Below, one piece after another: positions 1 through 12,124 of a stretch of 64,000 bases of DNA (position 1 is the first letter of the stretch; the number at the start of each line of letters is the position of its first letter). Source of the stretch: Octopus bimaculoides (lineage: Eukaryota). The DNA lies in the NCBI RefSeq assembly GCF_001194135.2, contig NC_068988.1:76851498-76915497 (forward strand), in the 5' to 3' direction. A program made the translations under genes and the position numbers. The notes beneath the pieces are model-generated. The model was not told the DNA's origin and did no database searches. It saw only the letters and a program-made list of their open reading frames with translations.

Positions 1-950
1 GCAATATCAGAGGAAGATTAACTGAGAAAATAGTTTTTGTGTGTGGAAGGTGCACAAATACAACAAACACTGAAAATGTACAGAAAACTGCAATCAACTG
101 CCAGCAGGGTAAGCAAGAGTTAGTTGATAGCTTTTGTTATTTAGGTGATCAAGTCATTACAAAGGTGAATGCTCTGAAAGCATAGCTGTGAGAATAAGAA
201 TAGGCTGGGCAAAGTTCAGAGCACCTACCCCTGTTGGCAACAAAGCTCCTCCCTCAGAGTGACAGGTAGACTGTATAATGCCTGTGTGCAAACAGCTATA
301 CTACACAGCAGTGAAACTTGAAAGAAATTAAGCTAGTATGCTTTGCTGGATGTGCAATGTCAGTGTGCATATACGACAAAGTATAAGCGTCTTGAGAGAA
401 AAGTTGAGCACAAGAGGCATCAGGTGCAGTGTGCAAGAAAGACAAATGTGTTGGTATGGTCATGTGATACATATGGACAAGGACAGTAAAGAAGTGCCGA
501 TCTCTAACTGCAGAGGGAATTTGTGGTAGAGGTAGACCCAGAAAGACATGGGACAAGGTGGTGATCTTTGAATGTTGGGCTTCATGGAGGCAATGACTAG
601 TGACTGAGACTTTTGGTGATGTGAAATCGTTGTTGTAACCAATGTTGGTGTCATGTAACTGGCACTCATGCCTGTGGCACGTAAAAGGCACCATTCAAGC
701 ATTGAGCCTCGTTGAGGCAATGTGGCTGATGCTGGTGTCATGCAATTGGCACCCATGCTAGTGGCATGTAAAAGCACCCATTACACTCTCAGAGTGGTTG
801 GCATTAGGAAGGGTATCCAGCCATGGAAACCATGCCAAATAAAACTGGAGTCTGTTGCAGCCCCTCAGCTTGCCAGCCCTGATCAAACTGTCCAACCCAT
901 GCCAGCATGGGCAACAAATATTAAATAACGATGGTGATGATGATTTTGGT
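1..950 (+). mobile_element. RTE-clade LINE, decayed 3' part (end of PHD-like finger, thumb region, 3' UTR, GAT tail)
   Basis: Homologous to the minus-strand element at 12125-16420 (RL..KIVFVCGRC; GRPRKTW-type motif near 530-550). Ends ccaacccatgccagcatgg...gatggtgatgatga. Confidence 0.85.
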
Positions 951-1508
951 TGTCCTGCAACTATTGTAGATGACATTTGCATGCCATGCAGTGGAACTGA
1001 ACTCAATATTATGAGGTTGGGAAGCAAACTTTTTAATCACACAACAATACTGACACTTAACCACACCTGTGCTCTATGTCACCTTATGCTAATATGACAC
1101 ATACACATATGCAAATTTATTATATGATTTCTGTTATTGATTTATTGATCAGTTGATTTTGATTAAGACAATGGATCCATCAACCATTTGATTACATAGA
1201 AGACAGATATATTCAACCTGCCTCTATCATTTTGTTTTTCACTGTAAAAAACTAGTGGTTAGGAGGAAGGGGGAAAGGAGAAATATCTGCATCTATGTTG
1301 CTTATCCACTGAGTCATTTCTCTACCCGACCACCAGTGTTTTGACAATAAACATGTTATTATGACGCATCTATGGCAACAAGAACTCGATAAATTTTGGC
1401 AAGAAACTGAAGAATCAATAACTTAAATGGAGAATGTCAGTTGATTGCATTCTTTGTTTTGTCAACTAATTGAGATTAAAATCAATTTCATTAGATTAAA
1501 AGAGATGA

Positions 1509-1590
1509 TACACACACACATGCGTGCACACAATGCGCATGCACACATATATACATACACATATATGTATGATGCATGTATGTATGTGTG

Positions 1591-1628
<38 letters not shown>

Positions 1629-1634
1629 TACGTG

Positions 1635-1691
<57 letters not shown>

Positions 1692-1735
1692 ACAAATATA
1701 TGCTTGTATTTGCATGTATATATGTATAGCCAATG
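1509..1735. repeat. Compound (CA)/(TA)/(GT) microsatellite
   Basis: Direct reading; explains the HT/CV/YI ORFs in the track. Confidence 0.95.
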
Positions 1736-1914
1736 ACTGCAGAACTTTAGCAATTTTTAATGAAGTGGTGATTATGAGTGGGGTTGTGAAATGATTAATG
1801 AAGAGGACAGGTTTGTTTCTTAAAATAATCGGAAGGCATAGTTGCACGAAATTGAAGGAAAGGAAATACATCAAGAAAAATTTATTCTGACAGTCAACAG
1901 TGAAATTGGTTTGG

Positions 1915-2235
1915 AGTTTTGTTATTGTTGTTGTTTTTGTTATTGTTGTTTCTGTTGCTGTTGTCATTTTCTTTGTTGATGTAATGTAGCCATTACTGTT
2001 GTTATTATTTTCATAATTGTTGTCTTTATTGTTATTGTTGTTGTAACTGTTGTCATCATTCTTGTTACTGTTGTTGTTGTTGTTGTTTTCTCTGTAACTG
2101 CTGTTGTTATTGATGCTTGCACTGCCATCAGCATTGCTGTTGTCATTGTTTTGCTGTTATACATATTTGTTGTTTGTCTGATTAGTGCCTTACTAACTGT
2201 TGAAGTTGCCATCATCGTTGTTAGTGTTGTTGATG
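1915..2235. repeat. Degenerate (GTT)n simple repeat
   Basis: Direct reading. Confidence 0.9.
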
Positions 2236-2689
2236 CTGCTGTTAGCCTCAGGCCAGTCTCTATCAAAATGCATTTTAGCCATGACCATCTCATCTATTTT
2301 TCCAGAATCATTGTTTCTAGACCACAATATTGAATGATGATGGTGATGATGATGGTGGTGGAGGCAGCTATGGTTCTTGTTGGTGGCAGTGAAGATTATG
2401 ATGATTATTATAATAACAATGTTTTAAGCAGTGACATCAACCTTTCCACCTTTATTACTTCAAACAATAATAGTTTCATATGATTAGATATGAAACCAGT
2501 TTACATAAGACGAGAATATAATAGATTAGCTTCAACCCCAATATATTCCTAGTTTTCTTTAAATTGTTGTCAAAACAGAAATGCAAGTGATAATATTCAA
2601 GACAAAAAGATGCAGTAGCTGACTTGTCTACTACACAACAACAGCAACCATGAAAACAACAATTGTTTCAAGATAAATAGTCTTTCAAG

Positions 2690-2752
2690 TTACTAGAAAT
2701 AGGAGCTAAATTTCTCTCAAACCACACTCTACTACTTTAAAAATTGAAAAGA
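2690..2752. repeat. Short interspersed repeat, with a reverse-complement copy at 53757-53820
   Basis: ctagaaataggagctaaatttctctcaaaccacac matches the reverse complement of gtgttttgagggagatttggctgctatttctac. Confidence 0.55.
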
Positions 2753-2904
2753 CCTGTTCAAAAGAATATAATGGTAATAGCCAGAAGAGTTTGATCATAA
2801 CTAGGTTCTATTAGAGCTGAGCTAGGGATAAACAATAAAAATTATTTCCAAATTAGTTAATTTATAATTGATGGATAAGTTTAAAAATAGGTAATTTTCA
2901 TTTA

Positions 2905-3220
2905 TCAGTGATTTAGAGAAAAATAGGACATAAAAGAGTCAGATGTTGAGCTCAAGAGAGGAGACTGCATGTGAGGTGTATGGGGGATGAGAATTGGGTA
3001 AAGAATTAGTTGAAGGTCAAAGTAGAAGGAGTCTGTAGAAGAGGAAGACCGAGGAAGACATAGGTAGATGTGGTGGAAACTGAACACAAGAGGTTGAGCC
3101 TCATAGAGAAGATGATAAGGGATTACGTATAGTGAGATACTATGCTGGTGAAGACCCATCCAAACCTTGCAAACATGGGAAAATGGGTTTAACAAAACCC
3201 ATTTATGGTTCATTATGATG
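2905..3220 (+). mobile_element. RTE-clade LINE 3' remnant
   Basis: gaagaggaagaccgaggaagacatagg (GRPRKT motif) followed by an acccatccaaaccttgcaaacatggg 3' end. Confidence 0.65.
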
Positions 3221-3463
3221 AATTATTACAATAAAATACTTGTTGCAGCAACTTCCCAATAACAACTTTTATAAATATGATATTACTCTCATTCCTCACC
3301 AGCCATTTGTACCCAAACACAATCCACAAGTTCCTACATATCTTATGCCAAATTTACAGATTCCATGAATACAGACCTCAAAACCTCTATTTGGGTCTCC
3401 TTCAACAGTAAAAAGACATAATTACTATTACTTCAACTATCACTGCAATTCGTTTAAACATAG

Positions 3464-3760
3464 CCTTGTGAGTGGATTTGGTAGACGGAAATTGAAAGAA
3501 GCCCATCGTATATATGTATATATATATATGTGTCTGTGTGTGTGTGTGTGTGTGTATGTGTGTGTGTGTTTGTGTGTCTGTGTTTGACAACCGGTGCTGG
3601 TGTGTTATGTCCCTGTCACTTAGCGGTTTGGCAAAAGAGACCGGTAGAATAAGTACTAGGCTTACAAAGAATAAGTCCCGGGGTTGATGCGCTCGACTAA
3701 AGGTGGTGCTCCAGCATGGCTGCAGTCAAATGACTGAAACAAGTAAGAGAGAGTAAAGAG
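3464..3760 (+). mobile_element. tRNA-derived SINE family 1, 5'-truncated, with internal microsatellite
   Basis: Collinear with the full-length copy at 25021-25419. Confidence 0.85.
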
Positions 3761-4297
3761 TATAGCCTTCGTTCCACTAAAATCCTCAAAAAAGCAGCTA
3801 TTGCAGTCTTGTTATTACTGACGAACTCACCTAATCATCACATGTCTTCAACATAACAACAACTGTTTCATAAAGCCTGGTGTTTCTTTTAAGAGCTAAC
3901 AAATAATTTAGACTCTAACAGATACTAGCTTTCTACTTAGATTACTTGGGAATGACTATGGAGGATTGCTTCTACATCTGAAGCAGTGTTGCTATCACAC
4001 AAAGACATCTTATTCCACCTTTAATTAAAATTCACTCATTTGACTGATGTGCTGTGTGGAGACTGGCACGCGAGAGAATAGACCCATTTCCTTTGTGTGC
4101 CATAAAAAGTGACTAAAAGAGGTTGAAGTAACATTTGCACTCTGACCTCATAAGACGCTTACCAGTAATGACAACGCCAATAGATCCATGAGTTGGAGGG
4201 TTGTTACCTGAGTGAGGCAAAGGTGTCATCTACCAAGTGTAGGGAATCACCAACAAATGGTGGTTGCAGTGATACTCTGTTACAATGCATACCTCAA

Positions 4298-4442
4298 TAC
4301 TACTACTACTACTACTATTGCTGCTGCTGCCACTACTGCTGCTGCTGCCGCCGCTGCCACTGCTGACACCACTGCCACCAGCAGCAGCAGCAGCAGCAAC
4401 ACCACCACCACCACCACCACCACTACTACTACTACTGATGTG
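4298..4442. repeat. Compound trinucleotide repeat (ACT/GCT/GCA/CAC)
   Basis: Direct reading. Confidence 0.9.
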
Positions 4443-5682
4443 GTCATTAATAAGCATATTTCACCCTCAAACCTACTGATGTGTGCTGTTTACTCTCTTT
4501 CTGTCTTTCCTACCACAACCACAATGGCCTCTGCTCTGGGAGCTCAGCTGGTTCCATGCTACCTCCACTCATATACTCCCACTCATCTCCCTCTAACTAC
4601 TTAAATTTATATCTTCCACATCCTTAGGCCTCACACTAAACAGTATCCTGGAGAAATTGATGTTGTCAAAGTTCTGCCTGACAACGCAACAATTCACTCT
4701 GGATCCTGATTCTATAGTTTTTTTCCTTTGCTGCTATGAATGTTGCAAGGTCTCTACTTCACAGAGGATGTTTAAAACACTGAAACATAACAACATTTCT
4801 TTCTGCTATTATACCAATATGAGACCTATTTTTCACTGGATTGCCAATGCCTGAGTTTAATTCACTTTATTTTCAGCTCATGATTATCTCTCTTGCCTTT
4901 CTTGGTCAGAATTAAACATTTAGTTAATGACCGATCCTCTCCCTACATGTGTAACTGTAATTAACTAAACATGTCAATGCCCTCTCCATTAAACATGCAA
5001 GCACTTGGTGTGTGCACTTAAATAGCATTAAAGATATATACTTAGCTTATACTCGTAATGTACATACACCATTGTTAGGCATATTGCTGTCATTTTTGTC
5101 CAAGAGAAAATCTCTTTGCAGACATGTTGGGTTAAAAACACAAAGTATATTAAAGTGAGATGAATATCACCCCAGCAGAGACCCATGAGAGTGTCAGATA
5201 TGCTATATCTTCCTTGAAAACTTGTCGATGATGTATACTTGGTAATCACATGTCTACAATGAAATCTGTCCCTTCTGTTATTTAAGAAAGAGTGAATATT
5301 ATATTCACTGATACTGTTGACAACTACCACACTGAATAAGAATTTAGTGTATGCAATTCAAATAACATTAATTAAAATAGCCATCTATATTTAATGCATA
5401 CATGTAGCTGACAGGTTTGATGTTAGAGGTGTATATACTTAGTATGATACATAGTTTATACTGTTTGGTTTCATGTAGACTGTCTTTGAGTATTTTCCTC
5501 TGGTTCTTCTGTGTTGAAATATATCTGACAGAACTTTTACACATTCAGCTCTCTCACTAACCTTTGTGACATTGCTTGAGAAATTTGGCTGTGAGGATCC
5601 AGTGCTGTATTCCTAGTGAACAAGTCTATATCCATTCTATTCTTGTATTTAATTGGTGTAGACACAGTATGACTGAATGATT

Positions 5683-5900
5683 GGTTTAAAAATTTGGCAT
5701 GAGGCCACCAATTTCAGGTGAGGGGGTAAGTTGATTACATAGATCCCTGTGCTCAACTGGTACTTATTTTGTTGACCCTGAAAGAATAAAAGCAAAGTTG
5801 ATCCCAGTGACATTTGAACTCAAAACATAAAGAGAAAAGGTGGATGAAATGCTGCAAAACAATTTGCCCAGCATGCTAACAATTTTGCTAGCTTACTGCC
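5683..5900 (-). mobile_element. SINE family 2 (tRNA-like head, aaataagtaccagttgagcac core)
   Basis: B-box-like gagttcaaat on the minus strand; core shared with copies at 57590, 58500, 59205 and 59430. Confidence 0.8.
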
Positions 5901-6291
5901 TTAGTATGACTGAATGATTAAGAAGTTCACTTTGCAGCTGTAAGGCACCAGGATTAATCCTACTATATGATGTTTTGGACAAGTGTCATTCAGTGACAAC
6001 TATATAGAATTCCACTCAATGGATTTTTACCTGTACTTCAAACATGACCTAGTCACAGTCACTGTCACATTCATTCTACCACAGAAGGATATACATGTCT
6101 GTAGAATACTTAGCCACATAAACTCTAATTCAATGAGTTTGGTAGTTCAGTTGATCCAACAACTGCAAAAACTCATGGTTAGAAATTTTGACTGCAGTCC
6201 ATTTAATTCATACAGAATTTAAATAGTTGTAAGTGAATGCTATAAGATGTATGACATGGACTGGGGTTTGATCTGGTGCAGATGATTATCT

Positions 6292-6981
6292 TTAACCTTT
6301 TGGAGATGGAGCTTCATTTGGAGTTTCAGTGCCAAGAAGGTGGAGCTGTTTATGACCTAGGGACCTCCTCTTATGCTGAATGTTCCTGAGAAAGTTGGCA
6401 GCATACTTATTGGTCTCTCTGACAAACATTTCAATGAAATTCCATGTGAAAAACAGCATAAGGTATTCCACTGGGATGTTTATGCCTTGTGACATATTTC
6501 TAGGCCCTATCTTTTCTAAGAATTCATAGGGATCATCTCTATCTAGTTCAGTATCTCTAATCGTAAGCCAAGGCTTCACAAAATTATCATCACCATCATT
6601 ATTTTGATCTTCTCTATTACTTTCTTGGTTGTTTTCACCAGTTTCAGTGTCAGATTCACTGCTAGGCTGGGCGAAATCAGACTTGCTAAGGATGTTTTTA
6701 TCAGTGCCGCTGTTGGACATGGTGAAATTTCATGATGTTCACTTGGCATACACAAAAAAAAAAAAAAAAATCGATGTAAAATCACAGAACACAGCAAATT
6801 ATCATAGAAGCTGCCATTGAAAGGTTCAGATGTGCAAGAAATTCAAGAAGCAATCTAATTGGTACAAAGGCCAACCAGCTAATCTTGAGGCTTGTATTAT
6901 TAGGCTGATGGATTGGCCCAGTCATCTTCATCATTCAACTTTTCGGCTGATAGATTGGCCCTGTCATCTCCTAGGGGTTAA
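6292..6981 (-). mobile_element. piggyBac-like transposon remnant (5' end and N-terminal transposase)
   Basis: ORF 6292-6720 contains FLEKIGP...PVEYLMLFFTWNFIEMFVRETNKYA, resembling the piggyBac transposase N-terminal block. GGGG-TTAA at 6974-6981 with two subterminal direct repeats. Confidence 0.6.
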
Positions 6982-7019
6982 TCTCTATTATACCCCAAAA
7001 CATAATTTGTTATGTGTGT

Positions 7020-7450
7020 GGTGTGATCATGTCATCATCACTGTCATCATCATTTAATGTCTGTTTTCCATGCTGGCATGGGTTGGACATTTTGACCAGA
7101 GCTGCCAAACAAGAGAGCTGCACCATGTTCCAGTATGATTTGATTTATTTTCTACGGCTAAATGTCCTTCCTAATGCCAACAACTTTACAGTGTATGCTG
7201 GGTGATTTTAACATAGAACTGACATGAGCACCTTCATGTGGCACTGGCACGAGTGCTTTTTATGTAGCACCGACACAGGGCTCTTGCAGGCCAATCCTCT
7301 TCATCTGGGGGAGTGGCATTAACACTTCTGTTGTGGATGACTGATCTTTTCAAGAACAGCAAGGTGCCAAATATCTCAGTCCTTTGCAAGTCATACTTCA
7401 GCACTTCATCCCACATCTTCCTGGGTCTCCCACTTCCATGTTTCCATTCA
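7020..7450 (-). mobile_element. RTE-clade LINE 3' end
   Basis: catcatcatttaatgtctgttttccatgctggcatgggttgg tail; KMWDEVLKYDL peptide. Confidence 0.8.
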
Positions 7451-7483
7451 TATTGTATTCTGTCAATGTTGTTTTATTGATAG

Positions 7484-7665
<182 letters not shown>

Positions 7666-8775
7666 TGAGCAATGTTCAATGACTTAACTGGTTATATAAC
7701 CAGTGTTGATTAAGTGGTTCTCAGTTTATTACAAGTACTATGAATCCTGGAGAGATGTAAAACCATGCTGATTTTGACAGGGTTGAATGCAGAACATAGA
7801 GCCATAAATCTTAATCCAACATTCTATTTTATTTATTCACTAATTCCTCCCCTAATTTCTATTAATACCATAATCATCAATGATCAATTAAAGAATGTAC
7901 AATTTGTTGTGAAGTGCCTACAGATAAACCCTGTTAACCTTCCTTCCCACTTCACTCCATTTTCATGGCTATGATGGTTTGACCTCATGTATTCATTGAT
8001 TCTGATCTCTTATTATAAATAATTCAATATAATCCTCATAATTTAATAATGGTTCTGTAATGGCAATGGTGACTCCAATAACATCCACCATAAGTCTATG
8101 TTATTAGCAGAGGTTGGAAGGGACAGCAGATGAGGACATATCTAAAATTTTGACCAGATTTCTTTATTTGGCTAATTTACCTATGAAGTTAATCTTCTGA
8201 CCCAAAGCTTTGATTCTTTTCATGCATTTCCATTCCAGTTTAGGGATTACATGAGCTAATGAAGGCCAAATGTAAGCACCTTTGTTGTTGTCACTGTCAT
8301 CATCATCATCATTATGTAACTATCCTCCTCTTGTTTCATCTCTTCTGACTCTCTACTGTATCTTCTTTCTTGCCTGTTAATCCACATCAGAATCATTTCC
8401 ATCACTGTTACCATTATTTCGTTGCTGGGGCTCCAACACTGCTATCACTACCATCACCATCATCATATTCACTATTAACAGGAACAGCAACAATGCCAGT
8501 AGTTGTTGCAGCCATATTACGAGCACTAATGCCATAATACCATCATAGCATCATCTTAGAATCTTTTCTATCATCATCGTCTTCATCATCGTCATCATCA
8601 TCATCATCATTCTCTCATTTTATTTTATTGTAGAGGAGGTAAAATTCTGCTGTCTCTCATTATTTTCACTTCTTTCAACTATTTTTACTCCTGAAGAAGG
8701 ACTGTGTCCAAAACATTTATCTTTTCACTCTCATGCTTAGTTCACTTCACTCTTTTTATTGATTTTACTAATATA

Positions 8776-9830
8776 TCATCATCATCATCATCATCGTTTA
8801 ACGTCCGCTTTCCATGCTAGCATGGGTTGGACAATTTGACTGAGGACTGGTGAAACCAGATGGCTACACCAGGCAACGATCTCGCTCGAAAAATTTCATG
8901 TGCCACCCGCACATGAGCCAGTCCAGGGGCACTGGCAACAATCTCGCTCGAAAATCCTACGATGGCCCCGCACAAGAGCCAGTCCAGGGGCACTGGCAAC
9001 AATCTCGCNNNNNNNNNNNNNNNNNNNNNNNNNNNNNNNNNNNNNNNNNNNNNNNNNNNNNNNNNNNNNNNNNNNNNNNNNNNNNNNNNNNNNNNNNNNN
9101 NNNNNNNNNNNNNNNNNNNNNNNNNNNNNNNNNNNNNNNNNNNNNNNNNNNNNNNNNNNNNNNNNNNNNNNNNNNNNNNNNNNNNNNNNNNNNNNNNNNN
9201 NNNNNNNNNNNNNNNNNNNNNNNNNNNNNNNNNNNNNNNNNNNNNNNNNNNNNNNNNNNNNNNNNNNNNNNNNNNNNNNNNNNNNNNNNNNNNNNNNNNN
9301 NNNNNNNNNNNNNNNNNNNNNNNNNNNNNNNNNNNNNNNNNNNNNNNNNNNNNNNNNNNNNNNNNNNNNNNNNNNNNNNNNNNNNNNNNNNNNNNNNNNN
9401 NNNNNNNNNNNNNNNNNNNNNNNNNNNNNNNNNNNNNNNNNNNNNNNNNNNNNNNNNNNNNNNNNNNNNNNNNNNNNNNNNNNNNTCGATTTCGATTTCA
9501 CTTGCCTCAACAGGTCTTCGCAAGTGGAGTTTAGTGTCCAATTTAACTCGATTTCGATTTCACTTGCCTCAACAGGTCTTCGCAAGTGGAGTTTGGTGTC
9601 CAGTGAAGGAAGGTACGCATAAGTGGACTGGCTGAGGCCATAGATTTAGGTCTCACTTGGCTTGCCGGGTCTTCTCACGCACAGCATATTTCCAAAGGTC
9701 TCGGTAAGAAATCATCGCCTCGGTGAGGCCCAATGTTCGAAGGTCGTGGCTCACCACCTCATCCCAGGTCTTCCTGGGCCTACCTCTTCCGCAGGTTCCC
9801 TCAACTGCTAAGGTGTGGCACTTTTTCACA
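8776..9830 (-). mobile_element. RTE-clade LINE 3' end spanning an assembly gap (N 9009-9485)
   Basis: Same tail and GRPRKTWDEVV motif as the 12125 element; tandem 61-63 bp units flank the gap. Confidence 0.85.
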
Positions 9831-9879
9831 TTATTTATAGGAAATCAATTATATAGCCAGTCATAGAGTGACCAATGGT

Positions 9880-10745
9880 TTCCTATTCATAAATTATATG
9901 ACCAGTCATAGAGTCATGGTTTTGCATCCCTATAGAGAGCTTGTTAGACTCGAATGGCTGTGGGCATATAACCTCTTTTAAAACTGAAGATTTAAAAACG
10001 TTTGCGCATGGAGCCCCTTCATCCTTAAGGCCCCACACATGGCTAGTTAGGAATGTAACATAACGCCTTTCTGGAATCCCCAAAGAAGACCTATGGTTGT
10101 ACAGGTATTACTTAAAGTTAGTTCTGGCCGAACTGATGTATCTCTGAACTTGTGTGTTGATTGTGTCATCACCCCTGGTGTTTCTTTCATTGGCCCTGGG
10201 TCTGATATTGTTACTGTTGTTATTGCTTGTGTTGTTGGCTGCTGTTGCTGCTGTTATTACAGGGCATGAGTCCAGTAATTCCATTGTTGCTGTTGCTGGC
10301 ATAGTAGTCGTCTCTGGCATAGCAGTCCTCTCCAGCCGTAATGTTGGTGTTTCTGTCGTTCAATGTGTTACTGCTACTGCCCCTACCATTTTTGTCAACA
10401 TTGTTGCTGAATGAGCTGCTGTTGTTATTGTTCTGATTGTTAGGGAAATTTTCTACCACAACCTCATATACGACTCCCTCAGCCTTGCATTGGCCACTCA
10501 CTGGGCAGTCATTGTACTCCCTGCGCAAGCATCTGTCTTCTGCTCATGTTTTAGGGATGCTCACTAAAATTTTTTTAATGTTGGGCATGCAACTAATGGC
10601 GACCCTTAGGTTGTGCCTATTAAACAAACGTCTGTACCCATGTGACTGCATAAAGTGCTTGTCCACTAACCTAAGTAAAATCCTTCCCACACAAGTTTTA
10701 ACATTGAGAGACAAGGGTGGGGCAAAACCAAATGATCTTCCAGTG
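9880..10745 (-). mobile_element. Penelope-like element (Neptune/Nematis type), C-terminus plus GIY-YIG endonuclease, decayed
   Basis: PLSLNVKTCVGRILLRLVDKHF...LFNRHNLRVAISCMPN; CPVSGQCKAEGVVYEV; YISSARTNFK*YLYNHRSS...LTSHVWGLK. Confidence 0.75.
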
Positions 10746-10787
10746 GTGCTTCCTTTTGCAGGTATATATATATGTATATACACATTT

Positions 10788-11270
10788 ATCATCATCATTT
10801 AGCATCTGTTTTCCATGCCAGCTGCATGAGTGTTTGACTGGTGCTGGTAAGCTGGAGAGCTGCATCAGACTCCAGTCTGCTTTGGCTTGGTTTCTACAGC
10901 TGGATGCATTTCCTAATGCCAACTACTTTACAGAGTGTACTGTGTATCTTTCACGTGGTACTGGCACAGCCACTTTTCATGTATCACCGGCATGGGTGCC
11001 TTTTATGTATCACTAGTACTGGCCACAGCTACAATTTCTCTTAGCTTGACATGTCTTCTCAAGTACAGTAAATCACCACAGTTTTTGGTCACTTGTAATC
11101 ACCCCCATATGATTTAATATCTGAAGATCATACTTCACCACCTCAACCCATATCTTCTTGGCTCTTCTTCGTCCACAGGTTCCCTCCACAGTTAGAGACC
11201 AGGACTTTTTTTACACAGTTGTCCTAGTCCATATGTATCACATGACCATACCAGCGCAGTCTTCTCCGTA
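10788..11270 (-). mobile_element. RTE-clade LINE 3' end
   Basis: Shared tail and 3' UTR modules. Confidence 0.8.
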
Positions 11271-11385
11271 TTATTGGAAGAAAAAAGCAAAACATGTTCT
11301 ATAGAAATTTGTTATTCTAAATTCAATTTATTCTTCAATCAGGAAATCAATTCTGAATTCATAATACAACAACGACAATAATAAT

Positions 11386-11929
11386 AAATGCCCTGATGCA
11401 GTACCAGGCAGTGGCTCTCATGGCTTCTGATCTTAACTGATTGGAAGTGTTATCATGTACATTGTTTTGTCTTGGTATGGAAAATGGGCTACAGCAAATA
11501 TTCTGCTCCATACCACAGATCTGTTTGTCAGTTGTTCGACCCTAACCTGTTGAGCATGTCTCTTAGTGGTTGATGATATGTGCATCTCTGATCACAAGCA
11601 GAAGTAGTGGGGGGAGTGTCATAGCCATGTGTTGAGAGGAATTCTTTGGGGTTTAGATAATTCACCTCTAGAAACATGGGTGTTTTGTTCAACATCCCTT
11701 AAACAACTCTCACTCAGGGACCTTTTGAGTGGGATGGGCTACTCGACCTGAAGAAAATTCTAAGTGGACCCCACTGTTTATCTTGACATGAGATCATTAT
11801 GTCACGCACATATAGCTGTGATGCAAGTGCCCGGTGTACGCTTATCTGATGGGTAGTCATGATGGGTATACTGGTCTTCATATATTTTACCCTAATGTCA
11901 CTTTGATGGCATGCACTGCTCTCTCACTC
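11386..11929. mobile_element. ~545 bp interspersed repeat flanked by AAT arrays, copy 1 (probable non-autonomous retroelement)
   Basis: Collinear with 57005-57570; begins aaatgccctgatgcagtacc and ends ctctctcactc followed by (aat)n. Confidence 0.8.
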
Positions 11930-11957
11930 AATAATAATAATAATGATAATAATGATG

Positions 11958-11994
<37 letters not shown>

Positions 11995-12035
11995 TAATAA
12001 TAATAATAATAATAACAATAATAACAATAATAATA

Positions 12036-12080
<45 letters not shown>
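11930..12080. repeat. (AAT)n microsatellite
   Basis: Direct reading. Confidence 0.95.
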
Positions 12081-12081
<1 letters not shown>

Positions 12082-12124
12082 GAAAATACAAAATTAACCA
12101 CTATGAGGGGCAATAAATTCTATC

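Noticed and set aside
1445-1967. HT/CV/YI-rich and poly-T/N/L ORFs here and at 4212, 11834, 27015, 40716 and 46579
   Set aside because: These are translations of microsatellites.
5028-5330. 100 aa ORF with a good acceptor at 5275-5276
   Set aside because: Only weak donors; the phase needed to follow the 5562 candidate hits a stop; no recognisable product.
8872-9008. 61-62 bp tandem units resembling a CRISPR repeat-spacer array
   Set aside because: The units are RTE 3' UTR modules next to a gap; the inter-repeat parts are homologous, not unique spacers; no cas genes are present.
9486-9605. ~63 bp tandem duplication after the gap
   Set aside because: Gap-adjacent and single-copy in the 12125 element; likely an artefact or local slippage.
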